A stretch of 54,515 bases of DNA, taken from contig DATKZC010000007.1 of the NCBI GenBank assembly GCA_035528175.1, positions 1 through 54,515 of the forward strand, written 5' to 3'. A model generated the notes under the pieces. It was not told the origin of the DNA and ran no database searches. It worked only from the letters and a program-made list of their open reading frames with translations. Positions 1 through 7,247 of the stretch are shown piece after piece. This stretch comes from Minisyncoccota bacterium (lineage in GTDB: Bacteria > Patescibacteriota > Minisyncoccia > RBG-13-40-8-A). Position 1 is the first letter of the stretch, and each line of letters starts with the position of its first letter. A program made the position numbers and the translations under genes.

Positions 1-143
1 TAAAAAGGCAGTTTGTTCAATTGCAATTCTGTGATTCGTTTCTTCTTCTGTGAATTCTTCCTTCTTCTCGTAATCTTAGCTGTTTTTATTGGATTGTAGT
101 ATAGTTTCTTTTCTTCGATTACTTTCTGAATATGCCAAGAATA

Positions 144-181
144 AATAAAAAAGAGGAGTTATTGCTGTCAACAACTCCTCT
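144..181 (-). terminator. Rho-independent terminator downstream of the lipoprotein gene
   Basis: 9-bp stem AGAGGAGTT (152-160) / AACTCCTCT (173-181) with a 12-nt loop. On the minus strand it is followed by a T-run (plus-strand A-run 144-151). It lies 10 nt past the stop at 191-193. Confidence 0.7.
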
Positions 182-190
182 TGCTGCCTG

Positions 191-736
191 CTAATTATCT
201 GTGATTGTTCCATTTTTCAGGAGACGAAAAAGAACCATCATTGAGTTCGGGCCATGATTTGTTATATTGCGCCGGGTGCTCGGAACCACATTGAGCAGCT
301 CTTTTTCAAATCCTGTTTCCATAACCCGAACAAAGAACCTGGCCCCGACAATGGTCATATCCATGTGGTTTAAATCTCCATCCCATCTTGCCCAATCCAT
401 ACCAGTCATGGCAAAAAGAGGACCATCTTCATTATCCGGAACACTTTGCGGTTCGCTCCAAGACCAATGATAGTCATCTATCCTCTCCCAAGGCAGAAAC
501 ATAAAAACAATTGACGAATTCCCCCAATCAGTAGCAGCGAAAAAGTCAGCAGCAACCAACCTGTCTAACATGTCTGGATATAAAATGCTGCCAGGCGGAC
601 GGGTATACTTTAATTGAAGAGTCCACCATTTTTTCTTTTTAGCCGGGGGTTCGGGATTGTCCGGGTTTTTATAGCAAGCAGTTGTAAAGAACGCAAAGAA
701 CAGAAACAAACCAATCAAGCAAAACTTCTTTTTCAT
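191..736 (-). CDS. Putative secreted lipoprotein (Trp-rich, no family recognised)
   Basis: 181-aa ORF. The N-terminal hydrophobic signal ends in a lipobox-like FTTAC. AAGGAGG lies upstream of the ATG. A 120-nt sample is about 47% GC, above its neighbours. Confidence 0.6.
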   Translation of the reverse strand: MKKKFCLIGLFLFFAFFTTACYKNPDNPEPPAKKKKWWTLQLKYTRPPGSILYPDMLDRLVAADFFAATDWGNSSIVFMFLPWERIDDYHWSWSEPQSVPDNEDGPLFAMTGMDWARWDGDLNHMDMTIVGARFFVRVMETGFEKELLNVVPSTRRNITNHGPNSMMVLFRLLKNGTITDN

Positions 737-806
737 CTTATCCTCCTTATACCTATATTCTACTCCGAAGAAATGCTTTTGTCAACCCCTTAGTGAATTT
801 TGGACT

Positions 807-826
807 GCTTCGACTCTAGTCGAAGC
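807..826. repeat. GC-rich perfect hairpin GCTTCGAC-tcta-GTCGAAGC
   Basis: 8-bp stem and 4-nt loop in a non-coding spacer. It shares the 10-mer GTCGAAGCAA with the hairpin at 5312-5333. Confidence 0.6.
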
Positions 827-853
827 AATTTAATAAAATTAGTCTAAAATCTA

Positions 854-973
854 CTAATTTGTTGATCGAACATGGCCTTGATTGTGCTCGTTTAATCGGT
901 TTTTTAAATCAATCGTGTAACCTGTATACAAATTGCCTTTATCAATACTTCTTAAAACATAAACATAAAACAT
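854..973 (-). pseudogene. GIY-YIG nuclease N-terminal fragment (39 codons, then stop)
   Basis: Translates as MFYVYVLRSIDKGNLYTGYTIDLKNRLNEHNQGHVRSTN*. This matches the GIY..YTG..R..EHN core of small GIY-YIG (URI) proteins, but the C-terminal half is absent. TATAAT (980-985) lies 6 nt from the ATG. Confidence 0.6.
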
Positions 974-1240
974 AATTAAATTATAGAACACAATTAGTCG
1001 AAAATCTATCAGATTTTACGAAATCAGGAAAAAAGATTATAAATTCTCAACATAAAAAAATTCTTTGGCTTTGCGGGTATTTAATTTGTCTATTTCTTTT
1101 ATTTTTTGCCCTGCCTTCTTTTTGTCTTGGATTTTCAGTGCACCAAATCTGGTTTTTTTGGTCTTTTTCAGCCATTGAAATAATTGATTTAATAAGAAGT
1201 TTGTTTAGCATGATTTTTATTTATTGTTTTAATTCCATAA

Positions 1241-1864
1241 TCATTTCTTCACCAATGTCCTAATAATACTATGCTCATGTTTGCCTTGAGGCAGATGATT
1301 ATCCTTAATAGAAAATTCGCTTAATTCTAATATTTCATTTTGAGAAAATAATTCTGATATTTCTCCTTTTGTAAAAAAATGATTAAAACTCTGCGTCTTT
1401 TTACTATAAAAAGTATTTTCCTCTCCTGTTTTTTCTGCTATTTCTAAAAATTTATTATACGATGGATCATTTATAGAAAAGACCTGCATATAAAGTAATC
1501 CATTTTCTCTTAATGATTTTATTGTATTATCTATTATTGTTTTTATATCCCTTAACTTGAAAAAGTTTAAAACATTCAAAGCCAAAATTAAATCGTATTT
1601 ATTCTCAGGAAAATCAAAATCGAAAATGCTTTTATTGATGGCACTAATATTCGGATAATTCTGCTTTATCACAGAAATGACCTCGCTATCCTTGTCCACA
1701 CAAGTAACGCTAAAACCCTTTTCAGCTAAAAATATGCTATTCCCGCCAGCCCCGCAACCCAAATCTAAAATATTGCCATTCGCAGGCAATATTCCAGCTA
1801 ATTCTTCAACCTTCTTATTCGGTTTTGTTCCAAATTTAAACATAAGAATGGAGGTAGGGTTCAC
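1241..1864 (-). CDS. Class I SAM-dependent methyltransferase (TehB-like)
   Basis: 207 aa. SAM-binding motif I ILDLGCGAGGNSIFLAEKG followed by the acidic CVDKD. Very AT-rich (a sample is about 23% GC). GTG start with GGAGG upstream. Confidence 0.8.
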   Translation of the reverse strand: MNPTSILMFKFGTKPNKKVEELAGILPANGNILDLGCGAGGNSIFLAEKGFSVTCVDKDSEVISVIKQNYPNISAINKSIFDFDFPENKYDLILALNVLNFFKLRDIKTIIDNTIKSLRENGLLYMQVFSINDPSYNKFLEIAEKTGEENTFYSKKTQSFNHFFTKGEISELFSQNEILELSEFSIKDNHLPQGKHEHSIIRTLVKK

Positions 1865-1882
1865 CTACCTCCATTGTACCAT

Positions 1883-2929
1883 CTAATCAATCGTTTTCCA
1901 ACACTGAGGATCCGGGTCAAAAAACGAACCCGAGTAACCATAGGCAACCGCGCCACAACCCCTGCAGTAATTCAACAATTCGCATTTTTTACACTTCACA
2001 AAATTCTCAACTTGTCTATAATGATTTAGTTTGGGAGATTTTATGAAAATGTCTATCAGCCTTTCTTCTGGAACTCTACCTATGAAACTTGGGAAACGCC
2101 TACAGGCATAAACGGTGCCATCCGACAAGATAGAAAAGTTAGCTATCCCTAAGCCACAACCACCGTAAATCACTTTTTCACCAGAATCAATATCCGGAGA
2201 AAAAATCTTTTGCTCATACAAAAAGAGTTTCCAAAGATGATCTTTTAGGGGAAAAGTTGTTTTATATCCTTTGTTGGTTAACTCCCTGTACAAATTGTAT
2301 GTTTTTCGCAAAAAATTTTTGTATTCCAGAGGAGAAAATGAATTTCTCTTGTAATCGTCTATTGACATCAATTCTGGTCTAACTAGTCGCGCAAAACTAA
2401 AAGCATCAACTTCGTAATCCACCAACAATTTAACAACCGCAGGAAAATCATTCACATTTAATCTGCTCAGGGTAAACATTACGTGAACTTTTATGCCTGC
2501 ATTTTTCAGAACTTTGATAGAAGCCAATGATTTATCAAAGCTTCCCTTCATGCGAATGACATCATGCTTTTCCCTTAATCCGTCTATGCTTATTTGATAT
2601 CTTCCTACGCCTTCTTCTCTTAATTTCCTTGCGCTCTCTGCATTAAGGTGAAAAGGATTACCCATGACATCTATATTCACTTTGTTAAAATGGCTTCTTC
2701 TCGCTTCTCTGTTCACAGCGTCCAAAATCAAGAAGAAATCTCCTCTCAAGAGTGGATCTCCTCCGGTAAAAGCAATACTTGGGACAGCATCCAATTCCAC
2801 GCAGCAATCCATAAGATTCTTAATAACACTCACAACACTACTAAAGTCCAAGTCCTTTTTCTTTTTGTAAGGTTCTTTGGAATTGAATATATAAAAGTCA
2901 CTTGTCAAGGATTTGGGTAATGTATACAC
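1883..2929 (-). CDS. Radical SAM/SPASM-domain protein lacking the canonical CX3CX2C cluster (pseudo-enzyme or decaying gene)
   Basis: 348 aa. It has an FTGGDPLL SAM-binding motif, a TIM-barrel-like middle and a C-terminal SPASM-type Cys pattern (G-x4-C, CKKCELLNYCRGC, PQC). No CX3CX2C occurs anywhere; the expected position reads K-SLT-S-DF-Y. GTG start directly after an in-frame TAG. Confidence 0.7.
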   Translation of the reverse strand: MYTLPKSLTSDFYIFNSKEPYKKKKDLDFSSVVSVIKNLMDCCVELDAVPSIAFTGGDPLLRGDFFLILDAVNREARRSHFNKVNIDVMGNPFHLNAESARKLREEGVGRYQISIDGLREKHDVIRMKGSFDKSLASIKVLKNAGIKVHVMFTLSRLNVNDFPAVVKLLVDYEVDAFSFARLVRPELMSIDDYKRNSFSPLEYKNFLRKTYNLYRELTNKGYKTTFPLKDHLWKLFLYEQKIFSPDIDSGEKVIYGGCGLGIANFSILSDGTVYACRRFPSFIGRVPEERLIDIFIKSPKLNHYRQVENFVKCKKCELLNYCRGCGAVAYGYSGSFFDPDPQCWKTID

Positions 2930-3180
2930 ACATATTGCACTTTTCTGCTAATCTGGGAGCATATGAAAACTATGCCCAAATCAACTAAAGAAGAAAAGTT
3001 TAGATGGATTAAACCAATATTAGATATGGAATACAATAACTTAGAACACTGCGGATTAAATGGATTAACTCCTAACGAAATGCTACAATTATTAACTACT
3101 AACGAACCGACAAATGTCCATGGTTAAAACATAAAGGTAATGCATACACAGATATATACAATTTTTCTCGATCGTGAGGA
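2916..3180. repeat. Imperfect direct repeat of about 45 nt (2916-2960 and 3136-3180) flanking a roughly 220-bp insert at the 5' end of the radical SAM gene
   Basis: GGTAATGTATACACACATAT... versus GGTAATGCATACACAGATAT..., about 75% identical over about 45 nt. Cys-rich remnants (CNMC, C-x3-C) appear in other frames. Confidence 0.55.
2963..3127 (+). mobile_element. Transposase remnant: 54-codon ORF resembling fused N- and C-terminal ends of an rve/DDE transposase
   Basis: MKTMPKSTKEEKFRWIKPILDMEYNNLEHCGLNGLTPNEMLQ... The YNN.EH.GLNGLTPNE segment resembles the conserved C-terminal tail (YN..RPH..L.g.tP.e) of integrase-core transposases. No catalytic core is present. GGGAG lies 5 nt upstream. Confidence 0.45.
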
Positions 3181-3226
3181 ATTGTATATATTGTTTTTTA
3201 ACTCATATCGTAATTGAAAATTAATG

Positions 3227-3248
3227 CGACCCCGCGCTGGCGGGGTCG
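3227..3248. repeat. GC hairpin CGACCCCGC-gctg-GCGGGGTCG downstream of rpsI (weak terminator or repeat element)
   Basis: 9-bp perfect stem 34 nt past the rpsI stop, with only a short T-tract after it on the minus strand. It shares GCGGGGTC with the hairpin at 18646-18663. Confidence 0.5.
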
Positions 3249-3281
3249 ACATGTATTCTTGAAATAAATAATCCAAGTAGT

Positions 3282-3818
3282 TTACCTCTTTGACCACTGC
3301 GGGGCTTTACGGGCTTTTTTAAGTCCGAATTTTCTACGTTCTTTCTCTCTTGGATCTCTTTTCAAAAATCCTAATTTTTTGAGCCGTTTTCTAAAATTAA
3401 TATCAAATAAAATCAATGCTCTTGAAATCCCGTGCCTGACAGCTTCTGCCTGGCCAGAAATACCTCCGCCTTTAACTTTTACCGTACCTCCAAATTTGTT
3501 TGTCGATTTCAACTTAGTAAATGGCGATTCAACTGTTTGTTGTAAAATAGTAGTCGGAAAATATTCTTTATAATTTTTGCCATTAATCGAAAAATTACCA
3601 TTTTCCATTGACTCTACTGAATCAACAGTATACAGCCTCACCCTAGCAACTGCTCTTTTTCTTCTACCAACTGCTTCAAAATACTGAGCTTTCTTTGATT
3701 TCTTGATTGTTTCCCCGCCAACACTTTTAGAGTTAGGCGGACCTGCCTGTTTGTCAGTCGTAGATTGACTTATGGCGGGTTTTTTAGTTTTTTTAGTTTT
3801 CTTTAATTTCTCCGGCAT
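3282..3818 (-). CDS. rpsI: 30S ribosomal protein S9 with a roughly 45-aa Lys-rich N-terminal extension
   Basis: C-terminal 130 aa are typical S9 (GRRK.AVARV, GGG.SGQAEA.RHGISRAL, ends KAPQWSKR). It overlaps the end of rplM by 26 nt. Confidence 0.93.
   Translation of the reverse strand: MPEKLKKTKKTKKPAISQSTTDKQAGPPNSKSVGGETIKKSKKAQYFEAVGRRKRAVARVRLYTVDSVESMENGNFSINGKNYKEYFPTTILQQTVESPFTKLKSTNKFGGTVKVKGGGISGQAEAVRHGISRALILFDINFRKRLKKLGFLKRDPREKERRKFGLKKARKAPQWSKR
3735..3749 (-). repeat. GC-rich core CAGGCAGGTCCGCC (encodes QAGPP) inside the rpsI N-terminal extension
   Basis: The same CAGGCRGGYCCGCC core, with the same QAGPP reading, occurs in the rpsF C-terminal insert (49425-49439). Confidence 0.5.
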
Positions 3819-4158
3819 ATAATTTTAAATTCTTTATAGTTTTACTTCTTAATGTGTTTTTTGGAAGCATATCATAAATTGCCCTTTTTAACGGCACGCT
3901 CGGGTCTTTTTTTAATAAATTCTTTAATATAATTGTGCTTATCCCGCCTGGATAACCGGAATAATGATGGTATTTTTTGTTTTCCATCTTGTTTCCCGTA
4001 TAAACTATTTTTGCAGTATTGAAAACTATCACTTTATTGTCGCTGACTTTATAGGCTGCAAAATTTGTATCATTTTTCCCACGTAAAAAAACAGCAACTT
4101 CGCTTGCCAATCTCCCAAGCACCTTTCCCGAAGCATCAATTGTATATATCTTTGCCAT
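3793..4158 (-). CDS. rplM: 50S ribosomal protein L13
   Basis: 121 aa. The N-terminus IDASGKVLGRLAS.VA..LRGK and the YSGYPGG motif are typical of L13. It sits directly upstream of rpsI, as in most bacteria. Confidence 0.93.
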   Translation of the reverse strand: MAKIYTIDASGKVLGRLASEVAVFLRGKNDTNFAAYKVSDNKVIVFNTAKIVYTGNKMENKKYHHYSGYPGGISTIILKNLLKKDPSVPLKRAIYDMLPKNTLRSKTIKNLKLYAGEIKEN

Positions 4159-4160
4159 AA

Positions 4161-4514
4161 TTATTTTTTAACTAATTCAATCAAGACCATTTTAGCGGCA
4201 TCCGCTTTTCTGGAAGCAGTTTTTATAATTCTGATGTATCCACCTGCTTGATTGATGTATCGCGGACCAATTTCCTTCATTAATTTATCGACTATTCTTA
4301 CTGGAAAAGTTTTTAATAAAATTCTCCTGTCAGCAATAGTATTTTTTCTGGCTCTGGTTATTGCTTTTTCCAAAAACGGCCTCATTTTTTTTGCCTTGCC
4401 CTCGGTGGTAAATATTTTTTCTTTTAAAACCAACGCAGATGCCAAAGAGCGCAGAATTGCTTTGCGCTGATGAAACGAACTTCCCAGTTTTTGTTTCTTT
4501 TTTCTGTGCCGCAT
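4161..4514 (-). CDS. rplQ: 50S ribosomal protein L17
   Basis: 117 aa. MRHRKK..KLG....HRKA.LR.L is typical of L17. It follows rpoA with a TAATG stop/start overlap. Confidence 0.93.
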   Translation of the reverse strand: MRHRKKKQKLGSSFHQRKAILRSLASALVLKEKIFTTEGKAKKMRPFLEKAITRARKNTIADRRILLKTFPVRIVDKLMKEIGPRYINQAGGYIRIIKTASRKADAAKMVLIELVKK

Positions 4515-5302
4515 TATCTTTTCTTAGATTTTTTAACCTTTTTAGCATTCTCAGTCCGGGGTTGACCAGTCTTGGGCTTGTTCTTCTTTTTTTCTTCTAT
4601 TTCTTCAATTTTGGGGCTGGCGAAAACTCCAAAATGTTCAAGTAGAATATCAGCAGCTTTGACAAACGCCTGTTCTGGGTTTATGCTGCCGTCTGTTTCA
4701 ATATCAATTTTAACTTTATTAAAATCGGTTCTTTCTCCGACACGCATATTTTCCACTTCATAATTGACTTTCTTGATTGGAGTAAAAATTGCATCCATGG
4801 CAATCGAACCGATTTCCAGTTTTTCTTCCTTTCTTTGTTCAACAGGCATATAACCGAGTCCTGTTCCAATTTCGATTTCCATTTCTAATTTGGCTTTAGG
4901 ACTGGTAAGAGTAGCGATATGGATATCTTTATTGATAATTTCCACATCAGAAGTCAACTTAATATCTTTTGCCTTGACTTCTTTTTGACCGCTTATTTTT
5001 AATTCAACTTTTATAGGAAAAATTTCTTTTGCAAGCACCTTAAATCTGACTTGCTTTAAATTTAAAATAATCTGAATTGCGTCCTCCAAAACATTTGGTA
5101 TAGTTGAAAATTCGTGGCTCGTTCCTTTTATTTTAACCGAAACAATGGCAGCTCCTTCAAGAGACGATAAAAGCACCCTACGAAAAGCATTACCAATAGT
5201 TATACCATAACCAGGGTAGCAATTATCTATTTCAAAAATCGCGTGATTATCGCCCTTTTTAATTATTTTGGCCTTTAAAGGTAAGGGAATTTTGTATTCC
5301 AT
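4514..5302 (-). CDS. rpoA: RNA polymerase alpha subunit: N-terminal domain only, plus a Lys-rich tail
   Basis: 262 aa. Alpha-NTD motifs are present (GYG.T.GNA.RR.LLSS..G.A). The protein ends ...LLEHFGVFASPKIEEIEEKKKNKPK...KKSKKR with no helix-hairpin-helix alpha-CTD. Confidence 0.9.
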   Translation of the reverse strand: MEYKIPLPLKAKIIKKGDNHAIFEIDNCYPGYGITIGNAFRRVLLSSLEGAAIVSVKIKGTSHEFSTIPNVLEDAIQIILNLKQVRFKVLAKEIFPIKVELKISGQKEVKAKDIKLTSDVEIINKDIHIATLTSPKAKLEMEIEIGTGLGYMPVEQRKEEKLEIGSIAMDAIFTPIKKVNYEVENMRVGERTDFNKVKIDIETDGSINPEQAFVKAADILLEHFGVFASPKIEEIEEKKKNKPKTGQPRTENAKKVKKSKKR

Positions 5303-5311
5303 GTATTTTAA

Positions 5312-5330
5312 CTCCGACGCAAAGTCGAAG
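5312..5330 (-). other. Intercistronic GC hairpin between rpsD and rpoA
   Basis: CTCCGAC-gcaaa-GTCGAAG, a stem with one mismatch, in the 39-nt rpsD-rpoA spacer. It shares GTCGAAGCAA with 819-828. Confidence 0.45.
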
Positions 5331-5341
5331 CAAGTTAATTT

Positions 5342-5974
5342 TTATCTACTATAAAATTCGACAATCATTGCCAAATCAGCAGGAATTTCAATCTCTAATC
5401 TTTCCGGTACATTTAAAACAACTGCCTTGAATTCATTGTTTTCCTTAACTTCCGAAGAAAGCCATAACGGCGTTTTATATTTCTTCAGTTTTACTTGAAG
5501 TTCTTTAAATAATACTTTTTTCGAACTTGATTTATTTATTTCAATTATATCGCCTTTTCTAATATTAATTGAAGGGATGTTAACCTTTCTCCCGTTTAAT
5601 AAAATATGGCCATGACTTACAATCTGGCGCGCCTTGGTTCTAGAGCCGGCAATACCCAATCTAAAGACAATATTATCCAGTCTCATTTCCAGTTTATTTA
5701 CCATAGTGTCGGTTACCACACCCTTTGACCTTAATGCTTCTGCAAAATATCTTCTTAATTGTTTTTCATTAATTCCGTAAATTCTTTTGACTTTCTGCTT
5801 TTCAGCCAGTTGAGAGCCGTATTCAGAAAGCACTGATCTTCGTTTTTTCGCTTTCATGCCTGGGGGATAAGGTTTCTTAATCATGGCACATTTGGCTGTA
5901 AAACAACGTTCCTCTTTTAAAAAGAGTTTTTGTCCTGCCCTCCTGCATTTTTTACAAGCTGATTCTCTTATCAT
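5342..5974 (-). CDS. rpsD: 30S ribosomal protein S4
   Basis: CKKCRR.G.KLFLKG.RC...KCA zinc-ribbon-like N-terminus and an S4 RNA-binding domain. I prefer the ATG at 5974 (MIRES...), which avoids a 35-nt overlap with rpsK. The ORF track extends to 6013. Confidence 0.9.
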   Translation of the reverse strand: MIRESACKKCRRAGQKLFLKEERCFTAKCAMIKKPYPPGMKAKKRRSVLSEYGSQLAEKQKVKRIYGINEKQLRRYFAEALRSKGVVTDTMVNKLEMRLDNIVFRLGIAGSRTKARQIVSHGHILLNGRKVNIPSINIRKGDIIEINKSSSKKVLFKELQVKLKKYKTPLWLSSEVKENNEFKAVVLNVPERLEIEIPADLAMIVEFYSR

Positions 5975-5978
5975 ATGT

Positions 5979-6440
5979 TTAGACGCGACGCGGCTTTCTT
6001 GGCCTGCATCCATTGTGCGGAATCGGAGTAATGTCCTTTAATGAGACAATATCAAGCCCATTAGCAGCTATTGCACGAATGGCGCCTTCGCGTCCGGAAC
6101 CAACTCCCTTCACAAAAATATTAACTTCTTTTACTTCGCTTTTATTAACTTTATTCATTAAAGATTCAACCACTTTTGAGGCTGCGAATGGAGTTGCTTT
6201 CTTAGGACCTTTAAAGCCAACGGCTCCAGCGCTTTCAGAAGCAACAACTTCGCCGTTTAAATCTGTTATAGTAATAATAGTATTATTGTATGTTGCCTGA
6301 ATATAAATATTGGCCTGCTCTAATCTGCGGGTTTTTGCTTCTTTTTTGCCCTTCATTTTCGCATCAGTAATTTCCTTTTCTTTCAAGGCTTCTTCTGTTG
6401 TTTCTTTAAAAACTTTTTTCTTTCCCATATTTTTTAACAA
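5979..6440 (-). CDS. rpsK: 30S ribosomal protein S11 with a Lys-rich N-terminal extension
   Basis: Core I.ATYNNTIITITD..G......SAG..GFKG.KK.TPFAA and the C-terminal PHNGCRP.K.RRV are typical of S11. The track start is TTG at 6440; an ATG at 6428 is also possible. Confidence 0.92.
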   Translation of the reverse strand: MLKNMGKKKVFKETTEEALKEKEITDAKMKGKKEAKTRRLEQANIYIQATYNNTIITITDLNGEVVASESAGAVGFKGPKKATPFAASKVVESLMNKVNKSEVKEVNIFVKGVGSGREGAIRAIAANGLDIVSLKDITPIPHNGCRPRKPRRV

Positions 6441-6452
6441 GTTTGACTTGTT

Positions 6453-6845
6453 TTATGTTTTTTCAGCTGATTTTTTTCGTCCACTACCCATTGTTTTTCT
6501 AATATTGCCCCTGACTGTGCGGTTATTGGTTTTTGTATTCTGACCCCTGACCGGTAACTTTTTAATATGGCGGATTCCACGATAGCAGCCGATTTCTTTC
6601 AATCTTTTAATATTCATCATTTTATCCCTTCTCAAATCTCCTTCGATTTTATATTTTCCGCCCTCAATTGTTGTTCTTAATTTGGCAACTTGGTTTTCGG
6701 TCAGATTTTTTGTCCTGATATTAAAATCAATTTCAGCTTGTTCTAAAATTTTCCTGCTCAAAAATGGACCTATTCCGTAAACATAGGTCAAAGCGATTTC
6801 TATTCTTTTGTTGTCTGGGATATTAATCCCGGCTATCCTAATCAT
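6453..6845 (-). CDS. rpsM: 30S ribosomal protein S13
   Basis: MIRIAGINIP..KRIEIALTYVYGIG is a typical S13 N-terminus, and the position is conserved. Confidence 0.93.
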   Translation of the reverse strand: MIRIAGINIPDNKRIEIALTYVYGIGPFLSRKILEQAEIDFNIRTKNLTENQVAKLRTTIEGGKYKIEGDLRRDKMMNIKRLKEIGCYRGIRHIKKLPVRGQNTKTNNRTVRGNIRKTMGSGRKKSAEKT

Positions 6846-6854
6846 ACTTAAAAA

Positions 6855-6968
6855 TTATCCCTGTCTTTGTTTGTGTTTAGGGTTGCTACAGATAACATAA
6901 ATTCGACTTTTACGTCGAACTATTTTGCATTTATTGCAAATCCTTTTTACCGAAGTTCGAACTTTCAT
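6855..6968 (-). CDS. rpmJ: 50S ribosomal protein L36 (below the ORF-track size cutoff)
   Basis: Manual translation gives [37 protein letters not shown] (37 aa), the canonical L36 zinc-ribbon sequence. It lies between infA and rpsM as expected. Confidence 0.9.
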   Translation of the reverse strand: MKVRTSVKRICNKCKIVRRKSRIYVICSNPKHKQRQG

Positions 6969-6975
6969 AATATTT

Positions 6976-7191
6976 TTATTTCTCGCGATAAACTATCCTT
7001 CCTCTTTTATTATCATAGGGACTCATTTCTACGGTGACTCTATCCCCGGCCAATATCTTGATATGATTCATTCTCATTTTACCGGAAACATGAGCCAGAA
7101 TTTCTGTCCCTTCGTCCAATTTAACCTTAAAATTTGCGTTGGGTAGACCCTCAACGATTATTCCCTCCTTTTTTATTGCCTGATTTTTCAT
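6976..7191 (-). CDS. infA: Translation initiation factor IF-1
   Basis: 71 aa. The S1-like OB fold G.V.E.LPNA.F.V.L..G.E.LAH.SGKMR...I.IL.GD.V.VE.SPYD...GRI.YR is canonical IF-1. Confidence 0.93.
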   Translation of the reverse strand: MKNQAIKKEGIIVEGLPNANFKVKLDEGTEILAHVSGKMRMNHIKILAGDRVTVEMSPYDNKRGRIVYREK

Positions 7192-7247
7192 TTACTTAAA
7201 GTATACTAAGCGTATATGAAATATATTTATTAGTCAATGCTTCTTAT

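Noticed and set aside
1-130. Open minus-strand frame running off the left edge (…IQKVIEEKKLYYNPIKTAKITRRRKNSQKKKRITELQLNKLPF)
   Set aside because: No ATG or GTG start is available downstream of the lipoprotein terminator, and only about 43 codons are visible. It cannot be supported.
191-736. Compositional evidence for horizontal transfer of the lipoprotein, SPFH and fibre genes
   Set aside because: Hand-counted 60-120-nt samples give 42-47% GC, but dnaK also samples at about 43%. The contrast holds only against the most AT-rich genes. It is noted but not claimed without windowed statistics.
1049-1210. 54-codon minus-strand ORF (MLNKLLIKSIISMAEKDQKNQ...) with an A7 run that could join a second, protein-like frame (…KKTRFGALKIQDKKKAGQKIKEIDKL…)
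   Set aside because: It has no recognisable family and no SD, and it would need a frameshift. The evidence is too weak to call a gene or pseudogene.
3227-3248. Calling the GC hairpin after rpsI a canonical rho-independent terminator
   Set aside because: The stem is strong, but the trailing T-tract on the transcribed strand is short and interrupted (CATTAATTTTC). It also shares its 3' arm with the CIRCE-adjacent insert. It is therefore listed as a repeat or weak terminator only.
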